From assembly GCF_964204645.1 (NCBI RefSeq), contig NC_134025.1:17335101-17399100 (forward strand): a stretch of 64,000 nucleotides of DNA, written 5' to 3'. This DNA is from Tubulanus polymorphus. Lineage: Eukaryota; Animalia; Nemertea. Shown here in pieces: positions 37,952-51,519 of the stretch. The notes beneath the pieces were generated by a model. The model had not been told where the DNA came from and did no database searches. It was given only the letters and a program-made list of their open reading frames with translations. How positions within the stretch are numbered: position 1 is the first letter of the stretch; every line of letters begins with the position of its first letter. A program made the position numbers and the translations under genes.

Positions 37952-39978
37952 TATAAGTCTCTGCTGGAACTATTTAATGCTGTAATGGACTTGAGCCCTG
38001 AAAGATCTGTGGATTGACAAATTTGAATCGACCTGGTGACAAATGCAGATGAAGAAATTGGATGAGGCAACTGTCATAGATGCATAGTTCGACTCCTGCG
38101 TGAAATGTTGCTTATTCGTTTGATATCCAAATCCTTGATTCGTTTAGATTGTGCTCATTCCACAGGAGTGGATTCCGAAATTTATTCTAAATCAGTTGGA
38201 CGTCCGTGTCCGCCAGCGTATCGTGCATGCGCCTGTGTGGAATTCGTCCCAAGATCATGAGTGTTGTGTAATATTCTCGTATTATGGAACAAGGCGGAGA
38301 GGTTTTTCGCTCAGTAAATTCACAGGAGTGAATCGTTGCGTGCGGAGGAGATGTCATGAACGCGCACTCGAATTGAATTGTATCGTTGGCTATCCAATTA
38401 TATCATTTCGCTATTAAAATTGAGTAGCTTTAGTTAAATCACTATTTTGTTAATTTTGTCGCGCAGTTGAATCAAGTGCTGAGGATCTGATCTGTAGTGA
38501 TTTGTCCCGAATTTAAAACCCCTCGAACCGGATTCTTGAATTTTGCTGTAACCTTTGTCATTGCCTGATTTTTCAATGTAATAATGTAGTGAATTTTGTA
38601 ACTTGTAATTTAGCGTGTTGCAAGTTTTAGAAAAGTAAAGGTTTGATTGCAGTGCGACAGATTATAGTGTAGGTCAAACTTGTTATAAGTAAAGGTTTGT
38701 AATTCCTAGTATATGAATTAAATGAAGGTAGAGCTTGATGTAAAGGTTAATAATTCCTTAATGTGATCGTGGTGTTGTTGTTTGTTTGTGTGCGATACGA
38801 CTATTCTTAAGGAGCTGCTTTAGCTCTATTTCACGAGTTTACATGAAGTGAAGTGTTATTACATTATTGAGTTCTTTGGCGAACTTAGCACAGTGCTATT
38901 TCCGACGCGTAATGCGAACATATCCAACCCACGGAGATACATTCGCTCCACTTTCCACAAATTTATTGGCATTGGCTTCATAACTAGCTGTCAGGATAAA
39001 CAATTGTATTACTTTTCATTCTTTTTACAGTACAATTTCATTGGCCCATTGCAAAAAATCAGCAATGGCTATCAAAAATGCTAATTCATAGCACTAATAT
39101 ATCACATTCAAGCATGCCTTCAGCTAAAAATCACTTCGTAGGTTTAAGGAGGTATTATATTATAATCGTCGTGTCAAACAGGTGCATGTTTCAATTACTG
39201 GAACCGACTACCGACATTAAAACAAAAAATGTTTGTGAAAAAGCATGTTTATTTATCTTGCCTTCAGCTAAAAGAGAAAATATACATTGTTATCAAATTC
39301 ATGAGCACAAGAAAATAGTTAATTACTGAAAAAAATTGTTTCCAACAATATTAGACATTGGCGCAGTGAACCGTGTAATCTGCCATATGCATTCCAGCAA
39401 CTTAACATCTCTAAGCTTTTAAAATCGCACTTTTCTGTTACTGCCAGTACTAGCGTAGTGACAGCAAAATTCTCGTAAAAACTATGGCAATATAGTATGT
39501 TGGCAGGTCTGGGATTAGACCAAAATCCAGATCAAGCCAAACCAAATTAAGGTTTGACTTAAAATAATTTGCCACAGGCAAAATGGTTTACCTTTCCACT
39601 ATCTAGAAGAACGTACAATTATACATGTATTCATTTTGATTTCCACTTGCGTGAATGTTAGTTTTGGTGTAAATATGTCCAGAAAACTATAAGGGCTCTG
39701 GGAAGCATGACACAAATTTTGATATTGGCTGTGTTTTTGCAATTCGTTGTATATAGCATAAACATCCAGGAAGACAATTGAAGGGGTCATAAGAGTTTTC
39801 AACAAATTACTGAAATATTTTTTTTGAAAAAAAAATAATGTTCATTTGTCATATTAAACAACATTTCGTGGAAAAAATCTATAAAATGATCATTGAGGAC
39901 AATTTTTAAAATTCACGAGTGAAAATTCGATGAACCCGGCAGTGTGACGTCACTTACAGAACACCAAAAGCAACAATC

Positions 39979-41022
39979 ATGGCGAGCGATTCCGTTCATA
40001 GCTCCAGTTCCAGCGATCACAACAGTGAGAGTTCAGGGTCTGAGGCTCTATTTAGCGAAGTTGAAGATCGGGAACCATTGAAAGATGAGACTTTCGTTCT
40101 CGAACCACACATGTTCGAGCCGGATGCGTCTTCTGACGAGGAAAATATCTCTGCTGACGATGTCGATGAGGCGGTCCTGCGTTTACATGTTCATCACTTA
40201 GGGAACTGGTAAGTCTTTACAGTTAAGCAAATTTTAAAAGTCATCCATCATAATCATTATAAGGTACTTCACCGTCAGTTTCTTCATGATTTGTGATTAA
40301 CATACATTCGATTACGCGTGTAAGGGGTGTATCTTGTATCTTGGGTGGAATAGAGATGCTCCCAAACATGGCTGGAAGTGTGTAAATTTCAATTCAATTT
40401 CTTATTTACTTTTTACTTTATTTACCTTTTTATTTACACTCATAAAATATAACATGTAGGGAATGGCCAAATAGGCTGTATCATGAAGTTTTTTCATATT
40501 CCTTCTATCTCTTAAGGGAACAATTAGAATATAAGCTAAATTTCAAAATCTCTAGTAGGCTCGACCAAAGAAAATATCATGCGCCCAGCAATGTACTATT
40601 TGAACATCTTTTTCATTTGTACCAGCAATCACTGTCAGCCACTAAACACGGCAAGAGATTGTCTTTGCTGCCAAGAGGTGTCCGAAGTTGTTGCCAAATT
40701 AAAAGAGGCTGGCGAATTATATGGAGAAACTCGTATAACTTGTATAACGCATCACGCTGGGTTTAATATCGTGTGTCTCAACCCATAGGGACTTCAATGT
40801 GCGTGTAGTATCGAAAAAAGGCCTTTAAAGACCCGCAGCATGCCAAGTATCGACATGTTGCATATCGCCAATTCATCATGTGGTGTTGGCATTATCTCGG
40901 AAAAAAACATCAGAGTTGTCATTCCATCCTGTACTGTTTGTTGCATACAGGCACATTATTTGCCATCTGGTTTGGAGGACGATTTTGTTTTCAAGGGACA
41001 TAAACTGCCAAAACTAAAATAA
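39979..41022 (+). pseudogene. KolX / P2X7-ballast-like Cys-rich protein of a Kolobok-type transposon (two exons, degraded)
   Basis: Acidic exon 1 ending ...GNW|gtaagt; exon 2 CTSNHC..CLCCQEV..CITHHAGFNIVCLN..YRHVAYRQFIMWCWHYLG..RVVIPSC; Kolobok-like start ttga|AGGGGTCAT near 39780 and a TGACGTCA motif. Confidence 0.75.
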
Positions 41023-42004
41023 CTTGTAACCGCATTTCATTTGTTATGTTATAGGTTAATTAAACAATTCGATAATAATTATCGTAATACATATCTTGGA
41101 TGACCTACATTACCATTGAACTCATCCATGACATTAGATACATGTACGTAGTAATGCACAATTATTCTGAATTTAAAAAATATTTCGTAAACCCCACTTA
41201 TCACCAGGATTAATAGCCTCAAGACCAACGAAAATTCAAGGCCATTTTAGAAGCACATTCAAGGCATTTTCCCCTTTGAAAAATATTTTTATGGCAATAT
41301 TTCCTCGCTTCATCCATTCAAAAACAATCAAAACAGCTTTAACATAATTCATTTTGCCACTGCTGACCCAAATTCACTGATATTTACTGACACAGCAACT
41401 ACAGCAACCTAAGACATTTGATAATTTTGAGGCATTGACCGAATTACTACACTCAATTACTACACTCATACACTCGAGACAGATTTTCCACAAAAATCTT
41501 GGAAATATAACAGAAAAAATAAGTGTGAAAACTGTATTTGGTTGAATTCAAATGATGGGAGAAAACTTACTTTTTGCAAATAATTAAGATGGAAATATCA
41601 CGAAAAAAACTTTTTTTTTCTTAATTAAACCTGATGAAAACACAAGATGTTTTTGGCGGGATTTTAGAGGGGATCCAAGGTCCAAGTTAATTGACATCAT
41701 CTCCGTGAAAAGCGCTGCTATACATGCAGTAATCACACACAACTGAATGATGATTCATTATGAATATACATTTTAGTGGGTTTTCCCCAATGACTCAAAA
41801 AGACACCTACTGTACAACATAGGTCTCTCCAAGGACAAAAAAATCAATGCGATTTATATACCATGCATTAAGACATTGTCAGCTGTCAAAATTTCCATCA
41901 TTACAAAAAATCATTTATAAATCTACAGATTTCCAACATTTTCGAAATTCAAGGCCTTAAAATCAATTTTCAAGACCAAAGTGCAGAATTCAAGGCTTTT
42001 CAAG

Positions 42005-45000
42005 CAGAAATCTCAGAGAATATACCACCACACCCATCGGTGAGTCAAACCTGCTTACTCAAAACTAAGAGAGTGACAAGAAACAAGGTAAACAAAGGAG
42101 AAAGAGACCAAGAAACAAGGCCGACATTGGACGAGAATTTAGTTGGCTCGCCTCCAGCAACAGATATTAACACCACAATGTCTCGACGTCCTAACCAGCA
42201 TCAAAGCTGGGTGGACGACTCAGACTCGAACTCCGACGACTATGAAACATCGTGGTCCTCATCCCAGAGAGTAGGAAACAGCGTGATGAGTGTGAGAATG
42301 GATGGTAGGCCTACTAATACCACTAACAGCTGTTGACGCATAGACCACACTAATGGTACTGAAAGCTCGGCTACCACTAGGCCTATAGGTCTAACTACAT
42401 TTTCTACTAACATTACTACTAACAATGATTTTAACGATGATTTTAATACGAAAAGTAGACATGAGGCATCGGAACAGGGATCAAACCAGGCAGATCTGAT
42501 GAAAGAAGCCGCAATCTCAGCCGGGATTTTTCCGCCTGAAATATCTCAAAAGAGGAAACGGTCAGACCACAACAGCACTATTTTCCGAGGAAAAGCACCT
42601 GATGGTTATACTCGCCTAACAATAAAAGCAGAACCGGGAAGATAAAAAATCACTAGACTCAACTGAACAAGAAAATATATGCTGTCAATGTGGAAAACCC
42701 ATTCAAGAAAACATGTCTGTAACGTGCAGCCTTTGTGGTCAGGAAATATGTGCGAACTGTACAATCATGCCCCACTTAATTCAAATATTTTTGAACACAG
42801 TTGTCTATCTATAATATGTTCCACGTGCAAAAAATCCAAATCTGATGAAAACAGAATGTCACTATATGTGGACAGAATGGAAAGAATTCTGATAGAATAT
42901 GACTCGACTATGAAGGCTTTAATAACGAATTTAGAAGCAAAAGCAGACAAGTCAACAGTAGACGGGTTATCGACGGAACTTGAAGAAATGAAACAACGCC
43001 TAGATCGCATGAACCTGAATCCCGAAGTTGACGATGAGAAGATTCAAACCATGGTCAATGACGCTGTAAAAACTCAATTAACCCATGGAAATAACGAATC
43101 TGTCAAACAATCGCTCGAAAAAGAGGTAGAAGATGTCAAATGTGAGATCTAGGAAACGGAACTGAGGAGAAAAAACATCATAATATATGGACTCGTTGAA
43201 CCCAACGAGGAGGATGTCAAAATGTGACATAAAAAAGAATGGAACGAACTCCAGACCTTTATCAGTCAAGGACTCGGTCTAAATGAAATTGAAAAGCCCA
43301 AACTGATCAACCGAATTGGGAAATATGCCCAGGGAAAACTTAGACCTCTATGCGTCATTTTAGCAACGGAATTCGACAAGGAAATAATATTCAACAGGTT
43401 TATCAAACTACGGAAAAACAGAGTTCTGTCCTTAGAAAACATAGCGATATCTAGTGACTACGAAACCTTCACCATCATTGAGAATGAAGGGAGAGGGATT
43501 GCTATGTATATCCATGCGGAACTAAAGCCCTGTCTCCCTCCTCTCGAGACAACTGATAAGATATGTTCTGAGCAAACAAGCAAGGTCATCTGGGTCGAGT
43601 TACCACGTAACACTGCCACAGACAAACCCACTGTAATAGGATGTGCCTACAGGAGCCCAAACAGTGATCATGACAACAATACAAATTTCACCAGAATGAT
43701 AGAATCACTAGGCACACTTGTCCACAGGTATAACATAATACTCTGTGGAGACTTCAACTTGCCCGAAATTGACTGGACAAACAACAACTGCAGAACTACT
43801 GGATCTCATGTTTCAAAACAAATACTAGATACTAGTATAGATGCCTTCCTAGAGCAACATGTGAAGGAACCCACGCACCACCGTGGCAATCAAAAAGAGA
43901 ATATTCTAGACCTGGTTTTCACAAATGAACCACACCTAGCAGAGGAAGTTAAACACCTTGCCCCAATCGGCTCAAGCCACTATGATTGTATGATTGTCTC
44001 CTATTCCACATTGAAAATGTATGCAAGCTCAACACTGCAATAAAATTAGGAAGAAAAAGTTATAATAGAGGAAACTACGAAAGACAATTCCTCAGGAATA
44101 ATTTACTGGAGAATAACCTGGCTGAAATGAGTCTGGATGAATGCTGGGACCATATAAAAGAGAAAATAAATGCGCGGAGGCAGAGCACATCCCTCAATAC
44201 CACGCACCTCGCTGGAAACAACATTCTCCACTATGGATGACTCGCAACGCGATGCGTAAAGTCAAGAAAAAACATGCAGCATGGAAAAGGTATCTCGAAC
44301 ATTAAACCCCTGAAAATTACAGAAATTTACCAAATAGCCAATAATGCAGCAAAAAGCGAAACCAGAAAGACTGTCAGAGAGTACGAAAAGAACCTGTCAC
44401 ATGAAGCGAAAACAAACCCAAAGGCTTTCTGGAGGTATTGCAAAAGCAAAACTAGTGTCAGAAGTAGAATTCCCGACCTACAGTTACAAAACGCGGAACT
44501 GATTACTGACAACAAACAAAAGCAGACTCTTTCAACAAGTACTTTTCAGAAGTATTCAATATTGAAGATGTAAACAACATTCCTGATCCAATCATTACAA
44601 GGAAAAACACTCAAGCACTCGACGAGATAACAGTGACTCGCGACATAGTCCAGAAGAAACTGCTTGGACTGAAAGTCAATAAAAGTATGGGGCCAGACAA
44701 TATCCACCCAAGAATCCTAAAAGAGGCAGGAAACGAACTGGCTGGTCCTTTAACTATTCTCTTCAAGAAATCATTGAACGAAGGAAGAATTCCAGAGGAC
44801 TGGAGGTCTGCAGTCGTGACCCCAATACACAAAAAAGGGCCAAGAACAAAACTGAGAACTACAGGCCAATAAGCCTGACGTGTATAGCATGCAAGATTTT
44901 AGAATCAATCGTCAGAGATCAAATCATGTCCCACCTTGTAAAACTTGATTTGATCACAGAATCTCAGCATGGTTTTGTTCGAGGTAGATCAACTACAACA

Positions 45001-46251
45001 CAACTATTACAGACTCTTGAAGACTGGACAAAATCCACTGACCAAGACCTGGCCGTCGATGTGATTTTCTTAGATTTTCAGAAGGCATTTGACAAAGTAC
45101 CACACTGTAGACTAATGAAGAAATTAAAAGCTAACGGTATCAGCGGAAAACCTTACACATGGATCAGTGACTTCCTGAAAGACAGAAAACAATCAGTCAA
45201 CATTGAGGGCTCACTTTCAGACTGTGAGCGAGTAACAAGTGGAGTGCCACAAGGTAGTGTACTGGGACCGCTCCTATTTGCGATTAATATCAACGACCTA
45301 CCCGAGGGAATAAGAAGCAAAATAATGATCTACACAGATGATACAAAGATATACAGAACGATAAAAACACGCAATGATGCCCTGGAACTCCAAGACGATT
45401 TGAGCAGGCTCTGCAATTGGTCAGAGAAATGGTTAATGCATTTCCATCCTGACAAATGCGTAGTAATGCATATTGGGAAGAGAAACAACCGTCACAACTA
45501 CAGCATAATAGTCGACAACACCAACCACCAGCTCAGAGCAGTAACCGAAGAAAAAGACATAAAAAAACGTTTAACCTTCTGTACAAAGCACTTGTTCGTC
45601 CAATATTGGAGTATGCGATTCCAGCCTATAGTCCCTACCAGAAGAAAGACATGGATTCCTACGAAAAAGTCCAAAGACGAGCAACAAAGTTAGTCCCCAC
45701 TCTAAAAGACTCATCATATCAACGACGGATGATGCAACTCAAACCACCATCGCTGAGTTACAGACGTTCACGTGGTGACATGATCACCGTCTACAACTGC
45801 CTACACGGGAACTACCGTATCAACTCCGAGCGACTAATACCACAGAACCACAACCGCAGAACTAGGGGGCACTCACTGAAGCAGGCAAAATCCCGATCAA
45901 GGAAAAACATCTGGAAGAACTTTTTCAGTCAACGTGTTGTAAATAACTGGAATAACCTAACAGAACATATAGTTAATGCACCCAGCATTGACAGTTTCAA
46001 AGCGCGACTCGATAACTTCTGGCAACACAAACAGCACGAAATACGACCACAATAGCAGAATCCAGGCTTTTAAAAACTCTATTCCACAGCTGGTTTCAAA
46101 CCTAGCAACAATCAACGAGTGATACAACGAGACAACCTAGAAATAGGCATATAATGCCTCCTGTTGGTTGTGACCGATACGATACGATACGAAACCTAGA
46201 AATAGGCATATAATGCCTCCTGTTGGTTGTGACCGATACGATACGATACGA
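42005..46251 (+). mobile_element. CR1-clade LINE, near full length but degraded
   Basis: ORF1 (Cys-rich + coiled coil, 42679-43450); APE (YRSPN, GDFNLPEIDW, LDLVFT); RT (QHGF, LDFQKAFDKVPH, GVPQGSVLGP, YTDD); C-terminal RGHSLK..FFSQRVVNNWN; (GATAC)n tail. Confidence 0.93.
46134..46251 (+). repeat. Perfect 59-bp tandem duplication of the CR1 3' end
   Basis: AACCTAGAAATAGGCATATAATGCCTCC...GATACGATACGATACGA present twice. Confidence 0.95.
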
Positions 46252-49200
46252 AACTTGCGAAACTGAAAACCAAACTTGCCAACAGCTCGGCGCTTGATCA
46301 TTCTAGCACTTCTTTCCTGTTTGACGATGACAATTTCGATGACTTCACTTTGTGCGCAGCTTCACAGGCTGCTGAGTCATATCATTCAACTACCGTGAAG
46401 AAGCAAAAAATTAACGATCAACCAGACACATTTTGTGAAACTTATTTTCATAATCACCTTATGTCATTTTATTTTTTTTTTACAATTTTCTTATCTTTAT
46501 ACTTCTGAATTTTAAGCCTTATTCCAATAAATGAATACGAGTAGATGACATTAATAGATTACAACATCCTTTGTTCTAAATCTTTTTACAGTTTAAGTAA
46601 TCTTTCTGCTTCACAATGCCTAAAACGCCTACGCGGAAACGAATTGGATATGGAACAGCATCTAGGAGCAGAAAAAGACGAATGCAGTTGAATGAACCAG
46701 AGGGACAAAACACTGAGGCACTAGTACACACATTAAGTAATCAGACTTTTGAACCCCTTGCGAAAATACATGATCACAAGCCACAGGTTTGATGTCTGTT
46801 GGTAACATGACAACAATGTGTAAACAGTGTGGGGCTAAAAAATTACCCGCTGAAACCTCCTTGCTATGTTGTTTGTCTGGAAAAGAATCAATGCCTCTTC
46901 ATCCAGAACCTCCCACTTATCTGAGGAATTTGATCAATGGAACAGACCAATATTCAAATCATTTCCTCAGCAACATACGTTCCTACAATTGCGCATGACC
47001 CCGCAGTAGACGATCACCCAAAATTTCTACAAGTATACTTTGTAGACAATAAGCATAGTCAACTACAATATCGCATGGGAATAACTGATTGCCTTAAACC
47101 AGATATCATTAACAATTTGACCAAAAAATTGGAATTGTACAATGTTTATGGGCGCGACTTTATTTCTGCTTATAACACATTATTATTTGAAAATGGAATT
47201 ATTAAATTCGTGGAATCAGTTGTAAAGCTGAAAAAAGAAATACGGTTATGATTGGGCCAGGAAAAAGACAAAGCAATAAGTAACCTGGCAGACTAGGTTG
47301 AGGCAAATGTATGATTCATCAGTGGAACACTGACCGAGGCTACAATATTGTAACCTAGGTCGGTTGACTTGCGCGGATTTATCTGCATACACTGACCGAG
47401 GCTACAATATTGTAACCTAGGTCGGTTTACTGCATTATATTTGCAGTATTCACTAATCCAAGATTAAGATCAGTCAGTTAACTTGATCAGTTTTTGAAGT
47501 TATTGCTGGTCTGATATCAGTCGGTTGATTTGTAGTTTTGACTAACGAGGAATCCAAAAGTGTTTCAGTCAAACGTCTCCTATCATTGAGGAATGACTTG
47601 AACAGTTAGGAATGTACATCGTTCACATTCCAAATTAAGGGTTTAAAAGAAGTTTAAGTGAAAGCCTTATACTTATATTGCGCAATTGCCATGATTGATA
47701 CGTTTCTAGAATCGGATGACAATTTATATAGAATTGGAGTCAGATGTGCATTGTTTTGGGGTGTTCGAACTTCGCTGAATCAATGAATCGTTGATTATTA
47801 TATTAATTTCACTGATTTGAATTTATGCTGAATCCATGCACATTTTACATATTCTAAAGAAAATGTTTCATTTGACCAATTCATTGATAAATTTCGTTAC
47901 ATATATTCTATAAAAATTCAGTTCGATTACGGTAAAGAATTTATTTTGCGGAGAGCGGTAACGGCTTACGTCATCGGTACTTCGATGTAGTCTTAAGGCT
48001 TTAATAGGGATTCGCCCTGGGGACCCGAGTTTCAGATATGACAGAAAAATATATAAAAAATCGTGACGATTGTAAGTTGAGGCAACGATTGAAATGAAAT
48101 CATTTGACTGCTGGATGTAATCACAAATAACAAATATACTGACGCCGAAATAGTCTACCTTTCAATTCAGTTGGTTTTCCATAGAAGCTGTTTGAAAGAG
48201 TCTACTGCTGAAAAGTGACTGTTGTAAAACATCTGATGTGCTAGTGTGCTAGCATTTTGATAGTGCACACTGGCAGTAGATGTGACTGTTACCAACCGAT
48301 TGTAAACAGCGACTGATAGTAACTCCTACCACAATAGCTACTCTCAAAACACATCGTTTCTAAAAGTCAACTAGTGAAAAATGACCATTTTGAGATAGCA
48401 CGGTAATTTCCTGTTCAAAATAGCCACATCTGTTAAAGATTTGCAGTGACACGTGACAGGGTCAAAGGTACTGTTAAACCCCATATGCTTTGTATACAGA
48501 ACTATGTATGCTTTGAATACAGTTCTGTCAATAGAAATCCTAGTTTCTGAGTTGCTAAGAACCCCCTAAATTATATCACGCTCAACAAAATGGGAATAAC
48601 CAATAGGAAAACTATTGATTTATATAACATCATTATGGATTAAATCCGTTAAAACAAGTATTGTGCCAAATCTAATTTGGAATTTTATGATTTTTGTTTT
48701 ATATTTGCGATTATAAAACATGCTGGTGCATTCATACTGTCATAAATCTTTGATTCTGCAGAAATGAATTTGTCTTCAAGGATATAAGGAGACGAAAATA
48801 CAAATACAATCATATGTTCATGAAATGGATTATGTCTTTAGATCTCTTTACTTGGATGAAAGACTACAAAAAATCTTCCCAAACAATGTATCTAAAATAC
48901 TAAGAATTAACCTACAATTATTGTTTATTTCGATACAATCAATTTTTAAGTAATCCATGTGGTGTTCACTTTGTCACGCTGTTCTCTGCTTGTTCGTTTA
49001 TGAATATTGAACCCTTTTATCGCTTGTTATAATTGATATACCTTAACCGAAATTTCATTTCATAGTTATACAGTTTGGTTGAAATGATATTACAACTTCT
49101 AATATAAGATCAAAATAATAGTGCATTATAGTATAATCTAATACCCATTACTTACTGAGCGTATGCTAGTGAGAATGAGCCTAACAATTATCATTATTGA

Positions 49201-51396
49201 TTGAATAAATACTGAAATAAATTCAGTTGAGATGTTCACGTAGTTTTGAAATCAGTTATTTCAATTTGATAAAAAACCTCCTCTGGTCTAAGTAAAAGAA
49301 TGCAAGGCAGAAATTTCAGTTTCACATGCTTTCCTACTTTGTTGAGTAAATTGTTTGTATAGGTTATGAAAAGCCCAGCAGCAGCTATCAGTCAACAGGT
49401 GAATTACACTGGCTAACTAGACAGTGATTGATGAACGAATAAACAAACTGCAATGACCACCAAAAATAATGACCTCTTAATAGTATTTAACTTAGCACCA
49501 CAAAACTCTATTGAAGATGCCAATGAAATAAAATGCCAATGAATCGCTGAATTTTAAGGTGCTTTATCAGTTTTTTTCCAATATAACTCATTTTCTCAAA
49601 TTATCGTAAAATAAAAACTACTTTTATATCAGTGGCACCATATTCTACGACAGAAGTGCATTCATAGTAAGAATAACGTTACCAATACGTTAAATTGGAA
49701 GTGAATGCAGGCTAGGACCAACAAAGGTGCCAATTTAAGATGCCGATATACAGAGAATCTCTTCCGTAGTGACTGACACGGTTGCATATACCTTCCGCGG
49801 CGACAGGTAAATAATTTTCTATCTAAACGACTACATTACCCGAAGTAGTCAAATAGAACACTAATCCGATAAATGAAGAAATTCCGCAATAAAATTTTAT
49901 ACAATGACATTTAATTATCAAAATTAAACCGCAACAACGTTCGGATTTGCAGTGACTGCCATCTGACTTAAAGCTCAAATCACTGGAATGTCTACATTCC
50001 ACCTGATGATGGCTGTTAGTCAACAGTCAAAACGTTGCGGTTTCATCTCAACACATGTTATCATATTAAGAGTTCTATTACGGTATTTCTTCATTCATGA
50101 CCCCACGGTGATGATCACCTAAGGCCGTTACCGTTATCCAAATGAAATCTGGAATACTATACGAAATTTCTTATTTCTATTAAATACGGCCTCAGTTCGG
50201 AAGATTTCTTTAGAATGCATTGATAGATCTACATAAATCCATTATAGATACAGCATATTTAATTTTTTTAAATCAACGATTCAGCGAAATTAATATAAAA
50301 TCATGGGAGGTTCGAACACTCCAAAATGCACATCTTAATTTATGATGCAAAGACATCCAGACCCCCATTGAAAATAAACCACCATTTCAATAATGAGAGG
50401 TTAGCCTGAATTTATGATTGCGCTTCTAATTTAAAAATTAAATCAAAATATGAATGCAGACATGCTTGAAAATAGCTGCATTTGTTAATATCGAATTCTT
50501 CATTAAACTAATATCGCCATAAAAAGAAGGAAATTTCGATTCATCGTAAAACTCCATAACCAATGACAATTTGTAAACTAATTTACTCCAATCTCGATTT
50601 TTATTGGTTAGACTATCTTCAGAGCTTAACTGAGTCACTCAAAATACAACTATACCCCAAACTATAGCGTGAGAATAGAATTTTCCACTAGTTTCTCAGT
50701 GTGTTCATGTTGTCACGTATCACCGCAAATCTTAAGTGGCTACTAAGTAAAAGTAGACGTTTAGGCTCAAATGTGCGATAGACATCTTCTTGGATTCAGA
50801 GAACAATACAATGCAAAACTGTATGCAAACGCTATATAGTTTTCAGGGCAGTTAAAATCTAAAGATTCTGAATATGCTCTTTGATGATGTGAAATATATG
50901 AGCGATAAAACTCTAACCGATAACCATCGAGCTAAATCTGTTTGTATAATGTGATAAGTTTTGAAGTTTTAAGATTAATTAAGAAATTAATTAAGAAATG
51001 CAGCTTTTTCAAGTATAGGTCAACGCTATTTTTGATTATTTTTGCCATTAAAATGGTTTATATTCGGAAAAATCCCCCAGTAAATACCCCCCCCCCCCCC
51101 CCCCGGTAAAAATCTCCTCTAGGCAAATGTCCCCCTTGCTAGCAGCAAAATTTAATAAAATACTTCAATATTCTGATTTTGAAAAGCTTAAATCGTTTTT
51201 CCCAACATTCATCTTGAATAATCTGTGACTTTTACTAAGCTGCGTACATATAAGATGACATAATTCGTGACTTTTAGCAAGCAACATGCATAAAAAATGA
51301 TGATATTATCAGACGTAAGATGAAAACCCACTCTTTAAAAATTAAAAGAAATCTAAAATCGAGAATTATTTATTTAACCAATCTAAAATTTAAGAA

Positions 51397-51435
51397 CGCG
51401 ACGTCTCGATCTCACACTAGAGATCATCGTCACGT
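51397..51435 (-). ncRNA. Degenerate Penelope-type minimal hammerhead ribozyme motif
   Basis: gTGACGA-t-GATCTC-tagtgt-GAGATC-GAgAC: stem II intact, two deviations from the CUGANGA/GAAA core. Confidence 0.4.
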
Positions 51436-51519
51436 GTGAGATATTGACTAAAAACAGGGGTATATATAATTTTTAAGGATATATAAATATTTAAGGAATT
51501 TTGAATGTTGTAATAAAGT

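Noticed and set aside
39979-41022. Genuine P2X7 receptor gene
   Set aside because: No P2X channel or ectodomain exons; only the ballast-like domain in a transposon context
51086-51104. Poly-C run as a functional G-quadruplex or regulatory element
   Set aside because: Simple homopolymer inside a repeat fragment; no other support
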